Origin: an uncultured Chloroflexia bacterium
GTDB lineage: Bacteria > Chloroflexota > Anaerolineae > Anaerolineales > UBA4823
Reading direction: 5' to 3'
DNA length: 64,000 bases
Assembly: GCA_963726375.1 (NCBI GenBank)
Contig: CAVSCE010000010.1
Coordinates: 30,351 to 94,350, forward strand
The translations under genes and the position numbers were made by a program. This document shows, piece after piece, positions 45,350 through 55,358 of this stretch. The notes under the pieces are model-generated. The model had not been told where the DNA came from, ran no database searches, and was given only the letters and a program-made list of their open reading frames with translations. The stretch's first letter is position 1; the number at the start of each line of letters is the position of its first letter.

Positions 45350-45400
45350 ATAACCATTTCTTATAGGTTTTTCCTATCCGTTGCCATAAGTATAAACTAT
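45350..45400. promoter_or_regulatory. Three LysR-type boxes (ATA-N9-TAT) in the divergent promoter
   Basis: ATAACCATTTCTTAT 45350-45364, ATAGGTTTTTCCTAT 45363-45377, ATAAGTATAAACTAT 45386-45400. Confidence 0.7.
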
Positions 45401-45470
45401 GCTAAAATCTGTTTTGACAAATGGATTACCTATAGGTTCTGTGCTAAACTTCACAGAAAGGTTTTATGCC

Positions 45471-46441
45471 GTGTTAGATGTTCACCAGCTCAATGTCTTT
45501 CTTGCTTCGGCGGAAACGCTGAATTTCACCCGCGCTGCAAAACAGCTCCATATGACCCAGCCGAGCGTCAGCCAGCACATCCAGGGGCTCGAGCGCCATT
45601 TTGACCTGCCGCTCTTCATCCGCAGCGGGCGCAACCTCGAGCTTACCGATGCAGGGTTGGCGCTGCTTCCCTTTGCCCGGGAAGCCGTCTCGCTCTCGGT
45701 CCGGATCGACGAGACCATGGAATCCCTTTAGCGGGAACATTTACGGCCACCTGATCGTCGGCTGCAGCACCACGCCCGGTAAATATATCCTGCCTCATCT
45801 TCTGGTGCTTTTTCACCGCATTTTTCCTCGGGTCCGCGTCACCTGCCAGGTCTCTCCCCAGGTGGATGCGCTGCGCGGCCTGTCTGAAGGCGTAGTCCAT
45901 TTCGCCTTGTATAGCATGGAGCCTGAAGGCTTTCGGATATCGAATCGATCGCTTTTGTGCGTGATCCGATCGTCTTGATCGCGCCGCTTGACCATCCCTG
46001 GGCGTGGGAGGGCGAAATCGAGCGAGGTGAGCTTCTGAAAGCAGATTTCATCATGCGTGAGTCGGATTCCGGGACGTTCAGCGCCCTGCGCGAAGCGCTT
46101 GCCGAGCACAACATCTCCACCGGCGAGCTGAACACGCTGATCACGCTTGGAAACGCCGAAGCGATCGCCCTGGCCGTTCAGGAAGGGATCGGGGTCGGCT
46201 TTATCTCGCAGATGGTCATCGACCGGCTGTGCAGCGGGCGGGTCGCCAAAGTGCCAGCGTCCGCGGCTCTGAATATCAGCCGGAAAATCTACATCGGCCA
46301 GAACCGCCGCCGCCCGGCGACCGGCGCCCAGGCCGCCTTCTGGAGCTTCCTGACCGAATTCAACGCCGAGCAGCTCGAATTAAGCAGCTGGCGATTGAAC
46401 CGTGGATGTTCGAACCGCACTCAGTGGAAACGACCGTTTGA
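45471..46441 (+). CDS. LysR-family regulator (CysL/YeiE-like; frameshifted)
   Basis: NFTRAAKQLHMTQPSVSQHI HTH; GCSTTPGKYILP; RESDSGT; LGNAEAI..AV..GIGVGFIS. Confidence 0.9.
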
Positions 46442-46449
46442 GGCAGTAA

Positions 46450-47573
46450 ATGAAAAAACTTCCAAAGCCAAATCTGCGCACATTCAACGCCCTGCTCGCC
46501 GGAGCCCTGGTTTGGGTGCTCTGCATGGCCTTTTCGGCTCACGACCCGGCAGTGGCTGTCTGCGCCAGGCTCGCAGCCGCTCCTTCAGGACGGAGGGGAC
46601 CGCGACCCCCGCGACCCCGCTGCCCCTGCAGACGCCCCTGTTCAAACTGAGCCGCCGAAAGCTTGCGCCGAATGCCACCCCGACATCCAGGCTTCCTGGG
46701 TGGACAGCCCGCACGCCCAGGCTTACGCCGACCCGCTCTTCGTCGAGAGCTGGGATTCGCTGGGCGAGCCCGGTGAGTGCCTGGTCTGCACACTACAGGC
46801 TACGATGTCACAACCGGTGAGTTCACTGCAGATGGGTGTGGCTTGCGAAGACTGTACGTGACCGTTGAAGGTCATCCCCCCGCGGTGGTCCCGGTCCTGG
46901 CGGACACCGAATACTGCGGCACCTGCCACTCCACCACGCTGGGCGAATGGCGGCTTTCCGGTCATGCCGCTGAGGATGTCGGTTGTTCCGACTGCCACAA
47001 TCCGCACAGCCAGCAAGCTCTTTTTGAAAATCCAGACGAGCTGTGCATCAACTGCCATAAAGATGATCTTGGCGAGCACAAGGACGACGTCCACATCCAG
47101 AAGGGCATCACCTGCATCGAATGCCACGCCCTGGTCATGCCTCCGGCAGACCCACCCCAGGACGGGTTGGTCCCGACCGGTCACACCTTCACGATCACCC
47201 CGGATACCTGCGTGGCGTGCCGTCAGATGCCCTCCACAGTGGGACGCCGCTCCCGGGCTATGAAGCCGGCGCAAGCGGAGTTGCCGAGATTCTCCGGGTC
47301 ACCTCCACCCTCCCGACGCTTGTCGCCGAATACACCGGTGGGACCGTTGAGTCGGGCGTCTCGGCCGCACAGACCATCCAGGCGCTCGAAGCAGCCCTTG
47401 CCAGTGCCCGCCTTTCCACGCTCTTCCAGGGCGGAATGATCGGGCTGGTGCTTGGTGGTTCGACCGCCTTCTTTATCGGCCGCAATCAGCGCCGGGCTTT
47501 TGAAGAAGTCGCCGAAGCCGAAGATGAAGACGAGCCGGATTGGGAAAAGGAAGAAGGGTCCGAAGATGAGTGA
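46450..47573 (+). CDS. Membrane-anchored multiheme cytochrome c, about 8 hemes (frameshifted)
   Basis: Signal peptide; CAECH, CGTCH, CSDCH, CINCH, CIECH plus disrupted CLVC, CEDC, CVAC; C-terminal TM helix GGMIGLVLGGSTAFFIG. Confidence 0.8.
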
Positions 47574-48432
47574 GCCAGGTCCTTCCCGCGAACCCGAACA
47601 GCCTGCTGAGCAAAAACCGGACTCAAAAAAGAAACCGATCCTCTCCCGGAGTGATATCCTGAAGATCGGCGGGCTGACTGCCGGTGCTGCCCTGGTCGCC
47701 CAGGTTGTGATCACCGGCCGCTCTCCGCCGATGCCGTCCAGGGTATCGGCTGGGATACGCATAACGTCGAAGGTCACAGCGCTGGTGTACCCTCTCGAAA
47801 CCAGTGGCACATGGCCATCGACCTGTCGTGCTGGATCGGCTGCAACTACTGTGTGAATACCTGCCAGGCGGTCAACGATGTCCCGGAAGATGCCATGCGC
47901 TGGAATATCGTGATCCCCGAACAGACTGAGCTGGGGCTGGAGTTCTATATGAACCGGCCTTGCCAGCACTGCCAGGAAGCCCCTTGCACCCGGGTTTGCC
48001 CGGTGGGCGCAACCTGGGTCCGCTCCGACGGGGTCGTCGTGATGGACTACGAGCGCTGCATCGGCTGCCGCTACTGCCAGGTAGCCTGCCCCTATGATGC
48101 CGCCGCTTCAACTGGAAGGTCCAGAGGAGGCGATAATCCGTACGTCCCGGAGTGGGGTTCGCCCGAGATCGAGCGCCGGCCACGCGGCGTTGTTGAAAAA
48201 TGTACATTCTGCGTCCAGCGCATCGACCGACGGCCTCTCCGAGGGCTTGATCCCCGGTGTCGACCCGGCTGCCACCCCGGCCTGCGTGGACGCCTGTCCG
48301 ATCGGGGCACGCATCTTCGGCGATATAAACGACCCGGAAAGCCCGGTCTCGAAATTTCTGGCCGAAACAGCGACCTTCCGGCTGCGCGAAGAGCTGGGGC
48401 ACCCAGCCCAAAGTCCATTACGTGAGCCCTGA
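47566..48432 (+). CDS. NrfC/PsrB/DsrO-like 4x[4Fe-4S] electron-transfer subunit (frameshifted)
   Basis: Tat-like SRSDILK leader; IGCNYCVNTC, CQHCQEAPCTRVCP, CIGCRYCQVACP, KCTFC, PACVDACP, FGDINDPES. Confidence 0.88.
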
Positions 48433-49669
48433 TGAAGGGAGCAGCTGATTTGACCGCCGTTACGCTTGAAAAATCGCCTTCTCGGCCCTCCTCCAGCCGG
48501 GCATTCCGGATCTGGGTGTCAGTTCTGGTAGCATTGCTTGTCCTCGGCCTTGCCGCCGCCTCGCAGGTCTGCTGGCGGTTTGCAAGTCACCGACCTGAGC
48601 GACCGGGTCCCGTGGGGGCTCTGGATCACGCTCGACCTCTCGATGATCGCCCTCGGAGCTGGCGCCTTCACGTTCTCCGCCGCCGTCTACATTTTCCGGA
48701 TCAAAGCTTCCGCTGCGCGTAGCCCGGCTGTGTTCATCGGCTTTCTGGGCTATTCCGGGGCGATGCTCGCCCTCGCGATGGATATCGGCCGCCCGGACCG
48801 CTTCTGGCATCCGATCGTCTACTGGAACGTACATTCCGTGCTTTGGGAGATGACCTGGTGCGTGATCCTTTATTCCATCGTCCTGGTGATGGAAGCGCTG
48901 GCGGTCACCGGCGATTTGGACATTGGCGAGCGCTGGCCGTGGTTCGAAGCTGGGCGATCTCCTGCAGACCCTGACGCCGATCCTGGCTGTGATCGGGATG
49001 GGGCTCTCGCTGCTCCACGAGTCCTCGCTTGGCGCGACGTACAGCGTGCTCAGCGGGCGGGCGATCTGGTTCAAGCTCTTCTCTCCCGGTGATGTTCATC
49101 ATCTCCGCCGTCGCTGGCGGGATGGCGCTCACTGTGCTCGCCTCGCTGATCGTCGGGCAAATTTGCCACCACAGTACCTGCCCTCGAAGGTCTGCGCGGG
49201 GCTCACCCGCACGATCGGCTTCATCACGCTGGGATACCACTATATCTAGGTCTGGGACTGGGCGGCGACATCCTATTATAGCAACTCCCCCGCCACCGCC
49301 GGCATCCTCTCCCGCCTCAACGCGACTACGCCGTACACCACAACCTTCTGGGGTGTCGAGATCCTGCTCAGCGGGCTCGTCCCGGCGGTGATCCTGCTGC
49401 TGCCAAACCTGTGCAGGCGCCGCGGCCTGGTCATGCTCGCACTGGGATTGATTGTTGCCGGGGTTGTCATCAACCGCTGGAACATCACCCTCTCCGGATT
49501 GGTCGCCCCGCCGGAGTGGTCGCCAGGTGTGCTCGGGAACGTGATCACGGTCTCCTACTTCCCCTCGCCGACCGAGATCGCGGTAGCCCTTGGCATCTGG
49601 GCTTACGCCTTGCTCGGCTTCACCCTCGGCGTGAAGTACCTGGAGATTTACCCGAAAGCGAAGGGATAA
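48432..49669 (+). CDS. NrfD/PsrC/HybB-like quinone-interacting membrane subunit (frameshifted)
   Basis: VPWGLWI, DIGRPDRFWH, SVLWE, LHESSLG, GVVINRWNI, YFPSPTEI. Confidence 0.88.
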
Positions 49670-49886
49670 CCCCTTCCAGAAGCAAGCTTCGGACGTTTGC
49701 GTCTGCCGGCGGTGAAAATCGCGGCTGCAGAAGCTGTGTCCGCACTCCGGCGGGCTCTGGGATTGCCGTGCGCTGGTCTGGGACTTTGAAAGGGCAGCTC
49801 TTTCACCCGCTCCAGGCCCACTGCCATTCGAAAACTTCCAAGAAGCTCTCTGTAAACCGCCGGTAGCTGACAACGAACCGCGAATT

Positions 49887-49962
49887 GCTAACAGCCAACA
49901 GCTAAATGCTAAATGCTAAAACAGCTAAATGCTAACCACCATCAATCAACAACCAATAACTA
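49887..49962 (+). repeat. Heptamer tract abutting the VOC gene stop codon
   Basis: gctaaca gccaaca gctaaat gctaaat ... gctaacc. Confidence 0.8.
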
Positions 49963-50342
49963 TACTTGATAAATCTGGATCCAATTCCCGCAGGTGTCGG
50001 CAAACATCGCCAGCGTCGTCTCGCCCATTTTCGTCGGCTCGCTCCTGAACTCGACGCCCAGCCCCTTCAACCGCTCGTACTCAGCCTGGATATCCTCGAC
50101 CTCGAACGCCGTCAGCGGGATGCCCTGCTCGAAGAGCGCCTTTTTAAACGCCTGCGCGCCGGGTTTTCGCTCGGCTCCAGCACAAGCTGCGTCCCTTCCG
50201 GCTCCTCAGGCGAAACCACGGTCAGCCAGCGGAACTGGCCTAAAGGGATATCGATCTTCTTCACAAAGCCCAGCACCCCGGTATAAAACTCGAGCGCCTG
50301 CTCCTGGTCTTCCACGAAAACGCTGTTCAGCTTAATCTTCAT
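49960..50342 (-). CDS. VOC/glyoxalase family protein (one frameshift)
   Basis: SVFVEDQEQALEFYTGVLGF, RWLTVVSPE, corrected end DTCGNWIQIYQV. Confidence 0.85.
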
Positions 50343-50649
50343 CCAAATTTCTCCATATTCCATGCGGCTCAATAAAAACTCAAACTCCTTGAGTTCGTCT
50401 CTCAAGTTCATCGTCGGTATTATCAGCGCAATAAATAGGATTTGTCAAGTAGTTTATCAGAATAATCGTGCTGACTCCGTGCCAGAATTCTCGCCGCCAA
50501 TCCTTCGGCAGGGATAAAGGAGTAACCATCTCAATCCGTCTTAATGAGATCCAGATCGAAAACCATTTAACCTAAGCGTGGACTGTTGATTAAAAGTGGA
50601 TTAAAATAATCAAAACCAAAACGACTATTCATTCATAACAGGAGGGATC

Positions 50650-53112
50650 ATGGTTCGCAAATTCACAGCTGTACTTTCGCTTTTCTCGGCATTGCCCTGG
50701 TCATCGGTTTCATCTTAGCCTTTTCCAACTCAGCCGCTTCTGCAAAGGAAACTGAGCCGCCGGCTGCTCCCAGCTGACATTTCAGGTGAGTCCGGGCGCT
50801 CAGACCGACTTCGGTCAGCAGCGATCCCCGGAAAACGTCTTGATTCACGCGGTCGGAGGCGAATCCGCAGGTTCTTGATCCTGCTATTGCTTATGACACA
50901 GCCAGCGGGGAAGTGATCATGCAGATTTACGAGCCTCTCGTCGAGATGAACCGGGAGAAAACGGATGAATTTATCCCGCTCCTCGCCACCGGCTGGACGA
51001 TTTCCGGGGACGCGAAAACCTACACATTCACCATTCGCACTGGGGCGAAATTCCACGATGGGGGCCCTCTGACCGCTTCTGACGTCGCCTATTCCTTCCA
51101 GCGCGGCATCCTCCAGGGCGGACAAATTCACCCCAATGGTTTTTCACTGAACCGCTCCTCGGGATGGGAATAATGGATGTATGCAATCTGCTCGATCCGA
51201 GCGTTTGCAATAACCGAGATTCATTGCAGACTTATCAAACAAGCGCATACTTCCCAGGTGGCTGGTGTCTGCTCGACGGTGAAAAACGCAGTCGTCGCGA
51301 ACGATAACGCCGGCACGGTCACATTCAATCTGGCCAACGCCTGGGCGCCTTTCATGAACGACATGGCGGGCACCTCGTGGGTCGGTCATCGATCGCGAAT
51401 GGGCGATTTAGCAGGGCGCCTGGGATGGGGATTGCAGCACATGGCATAACTATTATGCCGTTTCGAATTCCACCTCGCCTCTCCGCAATATCACGAACGG
51501 CACGGGGCCATTCAAGCTCGACCATTGGACTTCGGGGGTCGAGCTGGTGCTGGCTCGGCACGACTCCTATTGGAACACCGTCCCGCTCTGGCTTGGCGGA
51601 CCATTCGGCCTAGCCAGGTTTGAAACGGTCAGGCGAACGGTAGTAGCCAACAGCGCAACACACGCTCAGATGCTTCTGAATGGTGACGTTGATCTCATCC
51701 ACAGCGTGCCAACCTACGCGGGTGATTTTGACGATGCGACGCTGTTTCATTACACGCAGCCGGATGGGATCACCCCGACCCTGGTGAACCCGAGGTGGCG
51801 TTTTAAAAAAGTACACAGGCGGCCTGTCGACTTCGGCGACAGATGCGTTCTTCACCTACAATATCGTGACCGGTGGGCCCCGGAACTATGTAGGCAGCGG
51901 TACCTGGGATGGTCACGGCATCCCGACGGATTTCTTTACCGATATCAACGTCCGAAAGGGGTTCAATTACGCTTTTGATTGGGCTTCATACAAAAACGCC
52001 ATCTACGGCGGCTCTGGTGTCCAGCGCACAGGCCCGATCATCAAGCCTCTCCCGGGCTACGATGAAAACCAACCGGTCTATACCTATAACCCGACCCTCG
52101 CAAAGCATGATCTTGACCAGGCCTGGGGCGGATTGGTCGCGACGAACGGTTTTTCACTCACTGTGGCTTATAACAATCGGATAATTTGGCTCGCCAGAAG
52201 ATCGCCGAGATCCTGAAAGAGAATATCGAAGCCATGGATCCAAAGTACCATGTCAAGATTATGGGTTTATCCTATACGGATTTCAGCGCCGACATGGAAA
52301 TAACAGCCGCATTCCAATCTCGATAAACGGATGGATACAGGATTTCCCTCACCCGCACAACTGGGTTGTCCCATATCTGGACGGGACCTACGCTTCCCGT
52401 CAAAACATGCCGTCGACGATGCGGAGCATGTACCATACGATGATCTATAATTGCGTCGCGATGATCGGCGACGCCGCCAATGACTGCTATGAAGGTATTC
52501 AGGACCCAGACCTACTTGGAAACCCCCGATATATTTCTTGTTCAGGCGAACGCAGCGGAGTTATGTGTCCGCCAATATTCAGAGTTTTTACCTAAACCCG
52601 GGCCGGTTCGGGGGTGCGCTACTACGATCTGTACAAAAACCCGCTCCCGAAACTGTGACCGTCCAGCCCGAGGTCGAGCAGACGATGGAATGCACCCCGT
52701 CCGTTGGCGTCGCCGCGACCGCATCAATCCCGGCGGGCTCTGTTCCCGAAGAGATCCAGATCGTGGCGATCCCCGAAGCGAAGGCTTATTCTGAGCCAGC
52801 TGAATTCTTGTTAGGCGGGATGTCAACTTCGACCTGCAGGCCTTCCTCCCGGATGGAACACTGATCCCTGACATGACCTTCTCAAGCCCCATCACGATCA
52901 CGATCGCCTATGGGACGGGTGCGTTCACACCCGGGCAGGAAACCGAGCTGGTTTTGCTCTATAGGGACGGCGCTAATTGGGTCGACGCGGCTTGCGGAGC
53001 ATATGACCGCGACCTGGTGAACCACACACTCCAGGTGCCCATCATTCACCTGAGCACCTTCGGCCTGGCCGAGCCGAGCGGCCTGATCTACCTGCCCGCC
53101 ATCCGGCACTGA
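50650..53112 (+). CDS. Family 5 (peptide) ABC solute-binding protein fused to a C-terminal beta domain with HLSTF and YLP motifs (many frameshifts)
   Basis: LDPAIAYDTASGEVIMQIYEPLV, YTFTIR.G.KFHDG..LTASDV.YSF.R, NGTGPFKL, VRKGFNYAFDW; ends HLSTFGLAEPSGLIYLPAIRH. Confidence 0.75.
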
Positions 53113-53307
53113 TCATAGAAAAAACCTGGCTGGCAGCCCAATTTGGACTGCTAGACTTTCGATTATTTAAGGTACTCACCGATTAAAATGGTTCTGGAAT
53201 TACCTTTGCTGATCTGCGTCCATCTGAAGGAAAAAGCTCTTTTTGGACACAGATAAAATGAAATTTGTCGGGAGGAACGATAAGTCCTCACAAATTGATT
53301 CTTCATA

Positions 53308-54245
53308 ATGTCTGCATTATTAATCCTCGCCTCCTGCACCCCCGGCCCGACCCCCACCCCCCGGGTCGTCGTCGTCACCCAGGAGGTCGTCGTCACCCAT
53401 CAGGTCAGACACCGACTCCCGCAGTTCTGGTCGTCACCCCCACCTCGCCGCCCACCGATCTCCCTGCACTCCCGACCTCGACCCCCTCAGCCCGCTCCCA
53501 CGATTGGACCGACTACGGCGGGATCTGCCTCCGCCCGGATAACCTCCCGCCCGGCACGGCGGTCAACCCGGACGTAGCCGCCCTAGAGTCGGCCGCCTCC
53601 AGCTCCTCCAGGCCCTCTGGCGGGTGATTGAGCTGAGCGGATCGGCCGCCGAATTGACGCCCAAATTTTCCACCGCCGAACGCCTCGTCCAGGGCGTCCT
53701 CTCGGATGTCGCGCTGCGCGGGCCTTTTCTCCCGGTCGGCAAAACCCCTCCGCGCAGCGATCCCTGGAGCTTCTACCTGGGCGATGCGGCGGAGCTCTGG
53801 CGAGAGGCGCATCCAGGCAAAAATTCAATGGGATTGCGCTGGATGTGATCTGTTTCGAGCTGTATGACCCGTTTGAATTTGAAGACCAGAAGAAGCTGCC
53901 GGGCAACCCGGATTACATCCACATGGTCGGCGGCGTGACGCATGCGATCTTTGCGATGGAGCAGATTTTCGACGCTCCCCGGCTGGTGGTCAGGCTCTAC
54001 AAGGATCCCTACGGGAAGAAGAAAGGGTACCCGGACCTGCTGGGTTTTACCCCGGAGAACACACCGCGCAGAACGCCCTGGCTGCGAACCAGCACCTGGG
54101 CGCGGTCGTCGCCTCGCTGAACTACGTGATGTGGGGCAATTTTGACGGCGACGGCGTCTTCGAGTTCGGCTACGGCCCGAAGAACTCCGCCCCGCTGCCT
54201 GTTTCCGAATTTGAAACGCTAAAGATTTTCCTGCCTCCTCCCTGA
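53308..54245 (+). CDS. Hypothetical lipoprotein with a Pro/Thr-rich linker (frameshifted)
   Basis: LILASC lipobox, PTPTP..VVVTQEVVVT linker, continued in ORFs 53624.. and 53845.. Confidence 0.55.
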
Positions 54246-54339
54246 TCCTAAAACCTTCAGCCGGTCTTTGACAGGTCTTAGCTTTCTGCTAAAAATCGGA
54301 TGGTATATCGTGTTTTAGGAAATATTAACTGCAAGCCAA

Positions 54340-54478
54340 GAATTACTGATTGCTATTTGCCAAATGCCAAATGCTAACAGCAACCACAACAGCCAAACAA
54401 CAACCAACAGCCAACAAACAACAAAACGCTAACTGCCAAATGCTAACCACCAACAACCAACACTAAGCTAACTACCGC
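54340..54478 (+). repeat. Heptamer-like C/A-rich tract abutting the squalene synthase stop codon
   Basis: gccaaat gccaaat gctaaca ... gctaact gccaaat gctaacc accaaca. Confidence 0.8.
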
Positions 54479-54480
54479 CC

Positions 54481-55329
54481 TCATTCCCCCAATCCCAACA
54501 GCCGGATCACTTCGCCCCGCTCCAGCTTCTCCCTGCCCTGCTCGATCGCATCCAGCGTCGCGTGCGCCAGCAGCAGCGGGATCCGGCAGAAATCAAAAGC
54601 CGGCCCGGGAGGCAGCGAGCTCAGGTACTCGTCCGCCTGAGAAAGGTTGCGCCGGGCGTAAGCCTGCATCTCCTTCGCCTCCCAGCCCGTCGGGAAAAAA
54701 TCGACCCCTCTACGGAAGTCTTCCATCCGGTTGCGCAGGATATTGACCGCCTGCAGCCCACGCCCAAACCCCACCGCCAGCGTCCGGTCGGACTGCGTCC
54801 CGTCGAACCAGGCCCACAGGTCGGATAGCACAAGCCCGACCGCGCCGGCGACCCCCATCGTATAACGGTCGAGGTCGGCCTCGCTCGTCAGCCGGAAGTT
54901 TTCGCTTGCCCAGTCGGCCATCCGGTCGGCCATCGTCGCGGTCGCGTCCCAGATCCGGCTTGCAATCGAGCGCGGCGCGATCGCCAGCCAGTCCGGCAGC
55001 CTCAGGGTGACTTCCGCCAATACCGGCCGGAATTCTGCCGTGCTGAGAAGCAGGTCCTCGACCCGCAGCCGTTCGCTCGACGACTGGATGACCCGGCTGA
55101 TATTCCGCAGCAGCCGCGCCTTGATCTCACCGGACAGGTCGGCATGGTCCTCGATCTCGTCGATCGCCCGCAGGCAGAGATACGCCGAGCCCACCGCCTG
55201 CTGCAGGCCGCCGGGCAGCCGGCTGATTGGGATATAAAACGTCCGGCTGGTTTCCTCCAGCATTTGCAGCGCTTCTCGCTGCAGTCCAGGGTCTTCTGTT
55301 CCGGAACCGATAGTAGCGTATGCAGTCAT
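54481..55329 (-). CDS. Squalene synthase (single-enzyme, cyanobacterial Sqs/YisP-like)
   Basis: LEETSRTFYIPISRLP, AYLCLRAIDEIED, DLDRYTMGVAGAVG, GLQAVNILRN. Confidence 0.8.
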   Translation of the reverse strand: MTAYATIGSGTEDPGLQREALQMLEETSRTFYIPISRLPGGLQQAVGSAYLCLRAIDEIEDHADLSGEIKARLLRNISRVIQSSSERLRVEDLLLSTAEFRPVLAEVTLRLPDWLAIAPRSIASRIWDATATMADRMADWASENFRLTSEADLDRYTMGVAGAVGLVLSDLWAWFDGTQSDRTLAVGFGRGLQAVNILRNRMEDFRRGVDFFPTGWEAKEMQAYARRNLSQADEYLSSLPPGPAFDFCRIPLLLAHATLDAIEQGREKLERGEVIRLLGLGE

Positions 55330-55358
55330 ATTTTCTTTGCCAGAGATGAACGCAGAAA

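Noticed and set aside
46450-49669. Nitrite reductase Nrf, DsrMKJOP or alternative complex III
   Set aside because: No CxxCK-containing NrfA, no DsrM/DsrK and no ActB molybdopterin-like or ActDEF subunits. Only the generic NrfC/NrfD-type pair is present, so no gene symbols were assigned.
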